Shown here: positions 45,696 through 55,891 of the stretch, in pieces
Position numbering within the stretch: position 1 is the first letter of the stretch
Layout: every line of letters starts with the position of its first letter
Source: a virus
Reading direction: 5' to 3' (one strand)
Length of the DNA: 64,000 nt
Virus record (IMG/VR): IMGVR_UViG_3300042731_007944
Location: 32,001 to 96,000 of that record
Made by a program: the position numbers and the translations under genes
The notes under the pieces: generated by a model
The model's input: only the letters and a program-made list of their open reading frames with translations
Told to the model about the DNA's origin: nothing
Database searches by the model: none

Positions 45696-46433
45696 TTAAT
45701 ACCACCGTTCCGCCATTGGATACATTGTTGTGCGTGAATAGATCGGCGTCCGAGTATCTGAGATTTTCCCGGCATGACGACCTGACAGGCTGGTCAAGGT
45801 CGTTCCGTCCGCCAGTTGCAGCGCGATCTCACCAGCCGCGATCTTGTGTAACCGCGCTCGCGCTTCATCATATTCCTTGGAATACGCCTTTTGGCTTGTA
45901 TACAGGTCTTTCTCGCGTTGACACAGCAGATAAATTGCAAACGTCACCGCGATATTATGGATGACGCCGGGCAACGTGGCGCTCGTAAACGGCAGATAGT
46001 CTTCATACCGTTCCATGAGTTCCGCATTGATTTCGTGATACGCCCAGGCGATCACCGCATTGATCACGGTATCATCCGGGACATCATCGCCGTCATCATC
46101 TGCCCAATCAATCAACCGATCATTGCCTTTCCGGTCCTGTAAGTCACCTAAATCACAATAATAGTTCCCATCCGGAGGATTCCAGGCTGGGGTTTCTGCG
46201 CCGAACCAGCCGCTCAGGATATACAAATCCCCCGCGCCACTGGCTGCCGGGGGTGCGGTGCCAAATTCCAGGGTCGTTGGATTCGTGTACGTGTAATCCG
46301 TCCACGGCAGCGACCCCTGAAGCACGGTCAAGGTTCCCGTCACACACGCCTCATCGAATGTGAAGGTTGTTAAAACCCCATTCGGCGTCTCATTGAATGC
46401 CGGCGTATTCGGATAGGTTTTATACGTGCTCAT
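45696..46433 (-). CDS. head-tail adaptor (Mu gp36/DUF1320-like) with N-terminal extension
   Basis: YCDLGDL, EINAELMERY..LP, YDEARARLHKIAAGEIAL. Confidence 0.75.
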   Translation of the reverse strand: MSTYKTYPNTPAFNETPNGVLTTFTFDEACVTGTLTVLQGSLPWTDYTYTNPTTLEFGTAPPAASGAGDLYILSGWFGAETPAWNPPDGNYYCDLGDLQDRKGNDRLIDWADDDGDDVPDDTVINAVIAWAYHEINAELMERYEDYLPFTSATLPGVIHNIAVTFAIYLLCQREKDLYTSQKAYSKEYDEARARLHKIAAGEIALQLADGTTLTSLSGRHAGKISDTRTPIYSRTTMYPMAERWY

Positions 46434-46435
46434 AG

Positions 46436-47170
46436 TTAGTTGATAAGACCGTATCCCCCTTTCATGTATTGATAGGTTTGCCTGATTTCTACGGCTGATC
46501 GAGTCGCCGTAGAAAGCCGAATGGTATCAAGAATCCCGTGAAACCGAAAGGTATATTGATCAAACCCTCCGATTTTCAGGACAGTCGTTCCTGTAAAACT
46601 TATAGCCTCGTCATAATAGGCCCAATTATCAAGGTTGCCATTCAGATAGATACCAAGATACGGACGCGCAAACCCTGCGGCAATATAGACCCATTCGCCT
46701 TCATAATCATTCATCGCAGTGGTCGTGCAGACTTTTCGTTCTCCCCCTGTAAGATGTATCGTAAAGCAAACATCGCCATCGGCTGATGTTTCAAATTTCA
46801 GCCGCCAAGCATTATACACGCCTACAAGATAGGCGCTATTATCCGGAGGGCTTGTTTCCCAATCGGCTTGGCAGACGACTTCTACTGCTAACACATCATA
46901 ATAGGCACTATTATATGGGGCTTCTCCATACGCTGATGTTCCATCATAAACTTTGCCGTTCCCAAAAAATGCTGTTGTTGAAGACGTATTATACAATGTG
47001 GCATCATTAGCCGTTGTCGATTCATCGTCAATGGTACTTCCAGATTCTTCAAATCGCCATAAGCCAATTGTAGAGAAATCGGCAGATAAATCACCATAGC
47101 CTCCGGCATAGCAGTGAAAAATACAATGAAGAAGAAAAAGAATGAGAAAGATTGTTCGCATATTATTCAC
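46436..47170 (-). CDS. LamG-domain protein with signal peptide
   Basis: GLWRFEE.G....DES, IYLNG, FHGILDTIRLS. Confidence 0.75.
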   Translation of the reverse strand: MNNMRTIFLILFLLHCIFHCYAGGYGDLSADFSTIGLWRFEESGSTIDDESTTANDATLYNTSSTTAFFGNGKVYDGTSAYGEAPYNSAYYDVLAVEVVCQADWETSPPDNSAYLVGVYNAWRLKFETSADGDVCFTIHLTGGERKVCTTTAMNDYEGEWVYIAAGFARPYLGIYLNGNLDNWAYYDEAISFTGTTVLKIGGFDQYTFRFHGILDTIRLSTATRSAVEIRQTYQYMKGGYGLIN

Positions 47171-47738
47171 TTACAGTAAAATAATGGCTTGGGAGCGATT
47201 GAAAATTATCATCATAGGCGACAACATAATTACTTCCTATTGGAATACTTGAAAATGTCCAGGTTCCACTATCAAGAATGCCAGTGACAGATTGTTCGGT
47301 AAATGTGCCGCTAAGCCGTTGCCACAGAAGAATTGTTCGTTCTTCACCTGTTGGATCTTCATCGCATGTAATAGTTGAACTAACCTTACTACAGCCTTGT
47401 GGCGGGAGATATTCAGGTGCAACTTGGGCATTTCCAAAATTGTATTCAATAATTTTTGATAAAATATCAGTATAGACTTGCTGATAATAGATTTTCCCGA
47501 ATTCAACCGCGACATAAAGCTTGAGCCAAATAGCCCATTCTTGCTGTGAATTTGATGCTTGATAACTATCATCTAAGCTGTTCATATTCGTGAGCAATGT
47601 AGCAAGAATATCTGGGCTGCTATGGGCCGTAATGAGCCAAATGGTCTTATGCAATCCCGAGAGTTCGTCACCTGGTTCGGCCATTGTGAAAAATGGTAAA
47701 AGACTGAAAATCAACAAACTAAGCAGTAATTTTTTCAT
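47163..47738 (-). CDS. exported hypothetical protein
   Basis: MKKLLLSLLIF signal peptide. Confidence 0.6.
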   Translation of the reverse strand: MKKLLLSLLIFSLLPFFTMAEPGDELSGLHKTIWLITAHSSPDILATLLTNMNSLDDSYQASNSQQEWAIWLKLYVAVEFGKIYYQQVYTDILSKIIEYNFGNAQVAPEYLPPQGCSKVSSTITCDEDPTGEERTILLWQRLSGTFTEQSVTGILDSGTWTFSSIPIGSNYVVAYDDNFQSLPSHYFTVSE

Positions 47739-47753
47739 AGGTAACTTCCTTTT

Positions 47754-50519
47754 TTATGGGTAAATAAATGAGAGTGTCACCGACAGAGTTTGCCCTGGCG
47801 TTGAACTTCCACATTGACTTGTTGAGACATGGATGGTTTCGCCAAATTCCACATCATAGTTACTCGTGTTGACGGTCACACCGCTATCAAACTGAGAAGA
47901 TGACCCGGCGCTAATTGAAATTTCTGAACTGAAGGCATCAGTGTCCTCGACTTCTACATTGAATTCCAAGGCACTGCCAGCCGGAGCCGTATCTTGTGCG
48001 ATACCTGTGGCCCGAACAAGGTAGGCGGTATTTTCTTGATGATAGAGCACGAGTGAGAATGGATCAGCTACAGTACAATTACCAGGCATGACAATATTTT
48101 TGGCACGCATTCTTGAACTATCGCCATATTGTAAGTAATCATCATAACTGGTACTAAACGCTACTCCATCAAGATCCACATTAATGGTAGCGCCAATATC
48201 TGAGCAGGCTACAGTAACACCATAATACCAGGTAGATTCATCAGCCGAATATCTGATCGGCGTGCCTGCTTGATAGTTTGTGCAATCATCTACAGTGATG
48301 GTAATGGTATCATCATCTGATCGGGCAAATGTACTTTCAGCCGTCCAGAAAGAGGCACCACCACTAACAGATGAATCTACAGAATCTACATCGCCATCAT
48401 CGTCAGTGTCAAGTTGATGGAGATAATCATAAATCGCATTTTGAGATGCGCCGTTTGTCGTATCACCGTTCCAGCCAGAACTATAAACATCATTTTCAAT
48501 ACTTGCAGAACCGGCTCCATCATCGGTATCCCATTCGGGAGCTGTAGCCGTCGCATTCATTTCTAGCACTTGTCCGGCTGTTCCTTTGGCTAATCGAATC
48601 CAATTTGAACCATTAAAATACAACACATCGCCTTGTGTTTCATTAGAAATACTGAGGCTCCCATTATTGTCTAAATTTGTTGCCGCACCAAAGTCACCCG
48701 ACTCTGGTATATCATCATCTGTACCGCCTGCGTTGTGAAAGTCGTTACTGAGAGCCGTCTGGACATCTACCAAACTTACATCGTCATCTGAGAGTGCCCC
48801 ATCACTGGTTGTAAACACTCCGACTCCGATTTGCGTTTCTAGTTCATTTTCGCTATCAAGTTCTGATTCATACAAGAGATTGGCAGTATCAGACAAATCT
48901 GTCGAAACAGTTACATCGTCGGTACTGTCCATGTCGGCGTTCGGATATGTATCTAAGTCTAGGTAATTTTGTAAGGCATGGTTTCCCCATCCATAAGCAG
49001 TGTTATAGTTGGTGTGATTATATGTACTTTCATGAGTCGTAACGCCTGGATCAGATTCAATAGCCGAAATATCACCACTGGTAACAGTTCCAACCGTTGT
49101 AATACTCGCTTGCGTAAAATGTTCTGACGCACTAAAGTTTGTTAGAGCATCATGATCAATATTTGCTTCATTAATCGTTAATTCTACATCATGTGTGCCA
49201 CTATCTAAAGAGATAGATAGCCGATCATTTTCACTTTTGATAGCATTGAACTGAAGGTCTACTCCACTTTTGGTATAATATAATGATGTTCCGGTCCCCT
49301 GATTGCTGGCCGTATTTGCTTCACCACTTCCGACCCCGCCGACATTATCCACATCTTCCCATCCGGCTCCTGTGTATCGTCGTAAGCATGGACCATCACC
49401 GACACAATTTGTGCCATCATCCAAATAAACGTCACCTATAGATGGTAAACTAGGGGTTGTACTACGTTCAGTAAGATTCAAAGGCGATGTTGTGGCGCTA
49501 TCTGAAATGGTAAGCGCCGGGGCCATTATATCGCCACCACTATTATGCACAAAATCGTCGTCAACATTTAACGTGTCATCTGAAAGCGTAAGGCTTGTTC
49601 CTCCGGCGAGATTTGTATCATCGGAAATATCTAATCCTGAAATAGTCGTCGTTGTATGATTGTGACTATCATTTGAAACGGAAGGTGATGCTCCGATGCC
49701 GGAAAGATCACCACCCCAAGAAGTATTTGTCGTTAAGTCGTCTATGCTATTAGTATCGGTGTTTGGATAAGTATCTAGATCAAGATAGTTTTGTATTGCG
49801 TGATTGCCCCAGCCATAGGCAGTGTTATAGTTGGCGTGATTATAGGTGCTTTCATGGGTGGTCACCCCCGGATCGCTTTCAATGGCGGAGACATCCCCGC
49901 TTGCCACAGTGCCGACGGTCGTAATACTCGCCTGTGTGAAATGTTCTGACGCGCTGAAATTTGTCAGGGCATCATGGTCAATATTCGCCTCGTTGATGGT
50001 GAGTTCGACATCATGCGTCCCGGAATCCAGCGACACAGACAGGCGGTCATTTTCGCTTTTGATGGCGTTCAGTTGTAGGTCTACGCCGTCTTTCTGATAC
50101 GCGAGGGATGCTCCTGTCCCGGCGCTGCTTATCGTATTGGCTTCCCCTGATCCGGAAATCCCAGAGGCGAGGTTTGCCATCGTGATCTTGTAATAGTCCG
50201 AGGATGACACATTGTAGACATGTAGTTCGTCGGCATTATCGATGGACGACAGGGCCGTTAAGGTATGAAATTGGCTGCCGGTACTGGCGTTGAGCTTCGT
50301 CTGGACCGCAGAAGACAATTTCGGCTCGGAGATCAGGCCGTCCGGAATATTGTCGAGATAGATCTGTGGCGCAGCCCGTGAAGACAGATCTGCCAGGTCC
50401 TGGGGGATCGGGGGCATCCACACAAGAAACAATGCTATCCCTGCCAGGATAAACGCACAGAGACTGATGGAAAGGAATGCCGGATGTCGTATCATACAAA
50501 AAAACGGGGCGAGGCGCAA
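47754..50519 (-). CDS. large acidic Asp/Ser/Thr-rich fibre-like protein with about 140-aa internal duplication
   Basis: GSGEANT...YNTAYGWGNHA...DD repeated twice; QGDVLYFNGSNW.RL..GTAGQVL fibre motif. Confidence 0.6.
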   Translation of the reverse strand: MRLAPFFCMIRHPAFLSISLCAFILAGIALFLVWMPPIPQDLADLSSRAAPQIYLDNIPDGLISEPKLSSAVQTKLNASTGSQFHTLTALSSIDNADELHVYNVSSSDYYKITMANLASGISGSGEANTISSAGTGASLAYQKDGVDLQLNAIKSENDRLSVSLDSGTHDVELTINEANIDHDALTNFSASEHFTQASITTVGTVASGDVSAIESDPGVTTHESTYNHANYNTAYGWGNHAIQNYLDLDTYPNTDTNSIDDLTTNTSWGGDLSGIGASPSVSNDSHNHTTTTISGLDISDDTNLAGGTSLTLSDDTLNVDDDFVHNSGGDIMAPALTISDSATTSPLNLTERSTTPSLPSIGDVYLDDGTNCVGDGPCLRRYTGAGWEDVDNVGGVGSGEANTASNQGTGTSLYYTKSGVDLQFNAIKSENDRLSISLDSGTHDVELTINEANIDHDALTNFSASEHFTQASITTVGTVTSGDISAIESDPGVTTHESTYNHTNYNTAYGWGNHALQNYLDLDTYPNADMDSTDDVTVSTDLSDTANLLYESELDSENELETQIGVGVFTTSDGALSDDDVSLVDVQTALSNDFHNAGGTDDDIPESGDFGAATNLDNNGSLSISNETQGDVLYFNGSNWIRLAKGTAGQVLEMNATATAPEWDTDDGAGSASIENDVYSSGWNGDTTNGASQNAIYDYLHQLDTDDDGDVDSVDSSVSGGASFWTAESTFARSDDDTITITVDDCTNYQAGTPIRYSADESTWYYGVTVACSDIGATINVDLDGVAFSTSYDDYLQYGDSSRMRAKNIVMPGNCTVADPFSLVLYHQENTAYLVRATGIAQDTAPAGSALEFNVEVEDTDAFSSEISISAGSSSQFDSGVTVNTSNYDVEFGETIHVSTSQCGSSTPGQTLSVTLSFIYP

Positions 50520-50533
50520 GGCCCTGCCCCGTG
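50497..50533 (-). terminator. intrinsic terminator after major capsid gene
   Basis: ACGGGGC...GCCCCGT plus T7. Confidence 0.75.
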
Positions 50534-50560
50534 AGTGTTTCAGGTTTCAGAAAGACCAGA

Positions 50561-51595
50561 TTACGACGTGGTTGGCGTGGTTGATCCGATACAATCCTGG
50601 ATCAGGCACGCGCAATCAAGCGCCACCAGTTTTTCAGTAACCCAGTTTTCCACCTCAACCCAGAGACCACCGCCACCGGTTTCGAGATCTTCATACGTGC
50701 GTGCCCGCCAGCCCTGTTGGGCTCCAGGCACTTGAATCGTCTGCGATCCCTTCGGCGAAAGTTCCGGAGTGTAGATAAAGGTCGAGCCGAGTTGCGTGGC
50801 ATCACGGCTTGGCGATTTGGCCCGATAGAAGACCAACATGTGGCGTCCCCAGATATACTCATAGGACCCGGTTGAGCGCTTGGAGGTGCCGTCGTACTTC
50901 GCGCCACCCACCAGAATCTCATCCGCTTCGATCAGTTCCGCCACCACGCGCTTCAACACCGCCGCCGGCATCTCAGTGGTCGCCCCACCGGACACCCGCG
51001 CTAACACATCAGGATGGTGTTTGATAATCTGCCACGATTCCGGGTTAATCAAAACCACCAAGTCAGCATTCGGCGGACGATAGCACTTCGCAATTGCGGC
51101 CTCAATGATCGGAAAAAAGGTTCCTGCACCAGAGGCATACTGATCGAGTTGATAGCCATCAGAGGTTCCTCCGGCAGTTAAGGTCATTTTCTGGGCGGTC
51201 GGATAGGTCGCCGCAGCAAAAATTTGCTCGGCGATCCGGACTTCCTGATCGAGCAACACGGTATTCACACAGGCGTCCGCCTTGCCCATTTGATCGCGCA
51301 CTGGAGGTTCGGCGTTGTCATAATCGACATACGGCATGAACTCCCGCCAGGCGAACCCTTCACAGGAGAAGGTTTCCCGATTGACCTTAGTATCGGAATG
51401 GCCCGCCTTTGATAGATGTCCCCGGCGGGTATCTTCCCGTTTGAACCTGTTCTTTTTATCGAAGACGGTATATTTGCCTTCGAGCTTAAAATGCGGGACA
51501 TAGGGCAGCGCCCGCGTTCCCACCACGGCATCATTCTCATATTTGACCACGTAATCGGTCAACACAGGGCTGTTATATGTTTCACCTACTAACAT
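50561..51595 (-). CDS. major capsid protein (lambda gpE-like)
   Basis: 344 aa after decoration gene; LDQEVRIAE, IKHHPDV, YIWG. Confidence 0.8.
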   Translation of the reverse strand: MLVGETYNSPVLTDYVVKYENDAVVGTRALPYVPHFKLEGKYTVFDKKNRFKREDTRRGHLSKAGHSDTKVNRETFSCEGFAWREFMPYVDYDNAEPPVRDQMGKADACVNTVLLDQEVRIAEQIFAAATYPTAQKMTLTAGGTSDGYQLDQYASGAGTFFPIIEAAIAKCYRPPNADLVVLINPESWQIIKHHPDVLARVSGGATTEMPAAVLKRVVAELIEADEILVGGAKYDGTSKRSTGSYEYIWGRHMLVFYRAKSPSRDATQLGSTFIYTPELSPKGSQTIQVPGAQQGWRARTYEDLETGGGGLWVEVENWVTEKLVALDCACLIQDCIGSTTPTTS

Positions 51596-51607
51596 TGCTG
51601 AGCCTCC

Positions 51608-52033
51608 TTAGCCCTGATAGACGCTATGGGCGATCTTCATAAATCCCCACTCGTCTGCACTGGCACTGGATTCGGTCGCAAAGCCGAACATTTCAACATT
51701 ATCACCGGCGCTAATGGACGCTTCGCCCGTGGGGGCTAAGTTTCCATTCGTATCATACACAACCATTTTATCGCCGGGGCTTACAGTGTACCCGGTCGCC
51801 TTGTTGAAGCGAATGACCCGGCCTTCTTCAAAGGCAAGGTCGGCGTACTCGCCAGCCGCATAGCCATCCGCGTCGGCGGTATTGGCTTTTGGCAGCAAGA
51901 TGCCTGCGATATTCCCCGCTTTGGCGGCACCGGGCAGATCTACCTTGCGATCAGCAGATCCCCAGACCACCGTGTCGTAAAATCTCGCAGCGCTTTCAAC
52001 TTCGACCGTCATCGGTCCTGACATCGCTTGCAT
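51608..52033 (-). CDS. head decoration/cement protein
   Basis: Size and position between scaffold and capsid. Confidence 0.6.
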   Translation of the reverse strand: MQAMSGPMTVEVESAARFYDTVVWGSADRKVDLPGAAKAGNIAGILLPKANTADADGYAAGEYADLAFEEGRVIRFNKATGYTVSPGDKMVVYDTNGNLAPTGEASISAGDNVEMFGFATESSASADEWGFMKIAHSVYQG

Positions 52034-52036
52034 GGA

Positions 52037-53578
52037 CTACGCTCCTTGGTTGGTGGGGAATAACTCAGGGTGTTCGGTTGCGACGAGCTTGAGCGCGTCG
52101 GTGTCCGACAGCTTCGGATTCCCTTGTTGTTTGTCTTTGGCTAACGCCTCACGTTTGGCTTTGAGTTTGGCGTTATCTTCGCGTGTTGGCTCCTTTGCGT
52201 CAGGGGCCAACGGTTCTGTCGGCACTCGGGCAAACTTGGCGGCTTCTGCGAGCAGCATCTGTGCCCAAGTCTGTTGGGACACCGTGTCACCGGTTCCCAG
52301 GGTGATGGTTGGCTCCTGACTCAACGTCAACAGCCCATCCACAACGTTCAATTCATCAAACGACGCCGGCAGGTGTCCGGCCTGAAGATCAGTGTAAAAA
52401 ATCTCAACCTGATGTCGCCGGTCTTTTGCCTGCATCTGGGCGGCATGTGTGGCTTCCAGATCAGCCTTTTCCTGATCGAAGGCTTCGCGCTGGGTTTGTA
52501 ATGCCTGTGCAACCGCATCTTTGATCGCCGCGTTCAGTTCAGGGGTGACGGCGCTGGTGCTGACGTTTTCTACGTCCTGCGTCTCTTCAGTGAGTTCGGT
52601 CTCCGGGGCTTCGTCCGGAGCGTCGTCACTGGCACGATCAGCAGGGGCGTCAATGGTATCGTCCGAGTCCGGGGTGTCCTGTTTCAGGGTCTCTTGAGAG
52701 TCTTCAACAGGGGTGTCTTTCCCTTCTTCCGGAGCGTCCACCACGTCGTCAACGGCCTGATCTTCCGCGTCCATGGCTTGTGTCTTTTTGCGTGGCATAG
52801 GTGGTTTCTCCTTATGCTCAGGGTTATCAGAGAGGGAGACCATCGCCTTTCGGTCAGGCAATGACCACCCGGCGGACGAAAACGACGCCGCCAGATCAGC
52901 GCGGGTGTCGTCTTCGAGGGTGTCAGCGGGTTGCGCCAGAGGGTCAGCGCCCGCAATCACAATAGAGGTTTCGAGGTAGCGGCGGATATGGGTGGCGATG
53001 AAGCGCACGATCTGCCCATCCACTTCCGTGCCCATCGCCTCATAGAACGACCAATCATCGAGGGTTGGATGGGATTTCTCGTAATCGAACCAGACACGAA
53101 CCGAAGAGCCTTTAATATAGCCTTGTTCGACCCCTCGCACGACGATGCGGTGCGGGTGTTCCGGGGGAAGTTGGGGCTTTTTATCAAGCTTATAGATCGC
53201 ATCAATGCCGGACACGGGCACGCCGTTGATGTCATCCGTCCAAAAGGCGTCATCCACGATCCCGATATATTCAGCCGCGGAAAACCGATGATCAGACATG
53301 ACCGTGACATCTTTCAGCAGCGGGGCGCTCGGTTTCAGGACGCCCTCTTTCGAGAAATCCGTAACGACCATCCCGAAAAAGCCTTCTTGCCAAACCAGGG
53401 CCTGCGAGAGGGCGCGATAGTGTAACTTCAGGAATTCTGAGGTTTCCTCAAGGACGCGTGGGGCCTGGAGCGTGGCGCGATGCTGAGGCTGTGCGGCCAG
53501 CGAAAAGGAGACCGGAGAAATCCGGCCTTCAATAGTTCCGTCGTCATACACGCTGAACAGCGGGCGTGTCGTAGTCAT
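52037..53578 (-). CDS. prohead protease-scaffold fusion
   Basis: VMSDH, IKGSSV, ETSIVIAGADP; acidic linker; C-terminal DALKLVATEHPELF. Confidence 0.7.
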   Translation of the reverse strand: MTTTRPLFSVYDDGTIEGRISPVSFSLAAQPQHRATLQAPRVLEETSEFLKLHYRALSQALVWQEGFFGMVVTDFSKEGVLKPSAPLLKDVTVMSDHRFSAAEYIGIVDDAFWTDDINGVPVSGIDAIYKLDKKPQLPPEHPHRIVVRGVEQGYIKGSSVRVWFDYEKSHPTLDDWSFYEAMGTEVDGQIVRFIATHIRRYLETSIVIAGADPLAQPADTLEDDTRADLAASFSSAGWSLPDRKAMVSLSDNPEHKEKPPMPRKKTQAMDAEDQAVDDVVDAPEEGKDTPVEDSQETLKQDTPDSDDTIDAPADRASDDAPDEAPETELTEETQDVENVSTSAVTPELNAAIKDAVAQALQTQREAFDQEKADLEATHAAQMQAKDRRHQVEIFYTDLQAGHLPASFDELNVVDGLLTLSQEPTITLGTGDTVSQQTWAQMLLAEAAKFARVPTEPLAPDAKEPTREDNAKLKAKREALAKDKQQGNPKLSDTDALKLVATEHPELFPTNQGA

Positions 53579-53720
53579 GCGTTCAACAGGCGTCCGTGTT
53601 GGCCTGTTCGACGCGGGGCGTTGACCGCCTGCCATCGTGCGAGCATGTCGTTGTGCTTCTGGTGGTCTCGCGTGGGTTGTTGTGTCTTCTCCTCGTCAAT
53701 TTTCTTCATTGTTACAGGCA

Positions 53721-53782
53721 CAAAAAAAGGGAGAATCGCCAAACGCAGGCAACACGGGAGCCCGCGCTTTTGAATTCTCCCT
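53721..53782 (-). terminator. leader terminator upstream of the head operon
   Basis: GGAGAAT...ATTCTCC plus T-run; loop contains CCCGTGTTG. Confidence 0.6.
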
Positions 53783-53877
53783 TTCACGTCCAATCTGATC
53801 GCCCCCGTCAGGACTCTCAGAGGATTGTGCCAATTCTTAGTACAATACTGTTAAAAAGATCGTATGTTGTTCCTCTT

Positions 53878-53921
53878 AGTATGGGCTAACATTTCCTATC
53901 TTGTCAAGTGAAAAATTTCAT
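53878..53921 (-). promoter_or_regulatory. sigma70 promoter with operator-like near-palindrome
   Basis: TTGACA-18-CATACT; GTGAAAAATTTCAT abutting -35. Confidence 0.6.
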
Positions 53922-53927
53922 TAAATG

Positions 53928-55262
53928 TTACTCGTGTTCTGTCTCGGCCTGATTGTCAGGCGAAGACGCCTGTAATAAAAATTGCGAAATATCCCCGGTC
54001 AACCGAATTTGGCAGCGTGGCGGGCGTGTGCCTGCCGGGAAATTATAAAATGTCATCCAGGCCAGGGTCTGTGTGCTGTGGACCCAATTCACCAGCTTGA
54101 TTAAGCGCCGGATCTTCCAGCGAAAATTTGGTTTCGCCGTGGCTGCTGCCAGTGCCAGCGACCCGTTATCTCCTTCTTCCAGGGCCAGGGCCGAGCCTAA
54201 GAGCACTTTGGAGGTGTAGCGGTTATTGCGCCGGATCGTGACGTCATATTCCGAGGAGCCTCCTCGCCGGGACGTTTCCATGAACTGCACGTCTTCAATG
54301 TGGCCTTTTTCGTCCTGGTTCAATGTCATCGACTGCCCGCGCTGGAGCTTTTCGAGCATAACCAGGAGATCGTCAGTAGACATCCCTTCTCGTCTCGTAT
54401 CCGTCCAGCCAACCACTGTGGGCATCCCAAACCGTTCCTCGGAGATCGCGCACATACTTTCGGAGTTCCATTTCAGGTCCGTGGCAAACGAGAGGCTGTG
54501 CAGAATGCTTTGGCCGTGGTAGTTCTCATATTTCGGGTGAAACGAGGCGAGCACAACTTTATTGGACGGCACGGGGATCGTACCCTCTAGCGAACCGAGC
54601 CATTCTTTCATCCAGAGCTTATTGTTGTCGTCAAAGGTGAAAAACTCCGGATAGCGCCAGAGGAAATCATTGATGCCCCATTTCCCTTTCCAGGGACCGT
54701 CAGGAATTTTCTGCCACTCAAGTTCCAGACACGCCTTGCCATCTTCAATACAGGAGAGGGTTTCTTCGACGACTCGTCCAAAATCGCGTCCGGTGATGTC
54801 GCTATCTTCCTTGCGATTACGCCCCAAAAATTCGTCAAGGGTATAACGGGCGAACTCCGTGGCTTTCAGTTCCATTGGGGTCGGATCTTTGGGCGGCACG
54901 ATTTGCGGGGCGCTGACCTCCACGGTTTGCGCCAGAACTTTCGCTTGAAGCTGTGGTGGCAGATGGCTAATGCTCGCCAGTAGATCCTCCCATTCTTCAG
55001 CAGACGGGATTTGTCCGGCGGCGGAATTCCAACAGGAGGACACAGCGGCGTACAGCAGATCGAGGGAGGCGAAGACTTGCGGATCGGCAGCGATCTTTTT
55101 ATACCAACGCAACCCGCGCTGCCGGATCAATTCATCCGGATTTTGAGAGGACGCGAGCAGGTAGCCGCCGGGTGTGTAGCGGCTGACCCGGCCTACCATG
55201 CGCATGGTGGGTGTCGAAAGCGCGAACTTGCGCCCGGTATGATCATAGAGTGTAACGCTCAA
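53928..55262 (-). CDS. portal protein (Mu gp29/DUF935 family)
   Basis: DPQVFASL, GKACLELEW, ERFGMPTVVG, SKVLLGS.L....GSLA. Confidence 0.8.
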   Translation of the reverse strand: MSVTLYDHTGRKFALSTPTMRMVGRVSRYTPGGYLLASSQNPDELIRQRGLRWYKKIAADPQVFASLDLLYAAVSSCWNSAAGQIPSAEEWEDLLASISHLPPQLQAKVLAQTVEVSAPQIVPPKDPTPMELKATEFARYTLDEFLGRNRKEDSDITGRDFGRVVEETLSCIEDGKACLELEWQKIPDGPWKGKWGINDFLWRYPEFFTFDDNNKLWMKEWLGSLEGTIPVPSNKVVLASFHPKYENYHGQSILHSLSFATDLKWNSESMCAISEERFGMPTVVGWTDTRREGMSTDDLLVMLEKLQRGQSMTLNQDEKGHIEDVQFMETSRRGGSSEYDVTIRRNNRYTSKVLLGSALALEEGDNGSLALAAATAKPNFRWKIRRLIKLVNWVHSTQTLAWMTFYNFPAGTRPPRCQIRLTGDISQFLLQASSPDNQAETEHE

Positions 55263-55309
55263 CAGAAAAACAGACGCCCGTGTTTGCGTCCGGTGATGTT
55301 CTGTGAGGA

Positions 55310-55352
55310 AGTGTACCGAAGGCTGGGAAATAAGTCAAGTGAAATTTTTTAC
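55310..55352 (-). promoter_or_regulatory. sigma70 promoter with operator-like element
   Basis: TTGACT-17-TACACT; GTGAAATTTTTTAC abutting -35. Confidence 0.6.
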
Positions 55353-55882
55353 AACGGTTCTAACCACGGCCAGAAGGCGTCTTTCTCAGACAGGATCGGC
55401 GTCGCGATCGGCCACGTAATCTTGAGCGCCGGATCATCCCAGCGAATGCCGCGCTCCGCAGGAAAACAATACTCCGCCGTCACCTTATACAACACCACCG
55501 CATCTTGACTCAGCACGCAATAGCCATGCGCAAAGCCGGGCGGAAGATAGAGCAACGTGCCTGCGTAATCGGACAACGTGACACCGATCCACTCCCGGAA
55601 GGTGGGCGAGTCCGGCCTGAGATCGACGGCCACGTCAAAGATTTCACCATGCACGGCGGTCACAAGCTTGCCCTGGGCATACGGGGCTTCTTGATAATGT
55701 AGGCCCCGCAGGACACGGGCTTTCGAGTAGACGCAATTATCCTGGATGAAGGGCTCAGGAATCTGCTGTTGAAAGGTTTTCGCGCGATAGGACACGCAGA
55801 ACGCGCCGCGTGTGTCGGTGTAGACGTCAGGTGTAATGCGCAAGACGTCTGGAAGATCGGTGGGGTGAATCAGATACGCCAT
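55349..55882 (-). CDS. rmlC: dTDP-4-dehydrorhamnose 3,5-epimerase
   Basis: DTRGAF, QDN..S...VLRGLHYQ, FDVAVDLR, GFAHG, WDDP. Confidence 0.93.
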   Translation of the reverse strand: MAYLIHPTDLPDVLRITPDVYTDTRGAFCVSYRAKTFQQQIPEPFIQDNCVYSKARVLRGLHYQEAPYAQGKLVTAVHGEIFDVAVDLRPDSPTFREWIGVTLSDYAGTLLYLPPGFAHGYCVLSQDAVVLYKVTAEYCFPAERGIRWDDPALKITWPIATPILSEKDAFWPWLEPL

Positions 55883-55891
55883 TGTTCACCC

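Noticed and set aside
48915-50156. Diversity-generating retroelement TR/VR pair
   Set aside because: Differences are mostly synonymous and not adenine-specific, and no reverse transcriptase is present
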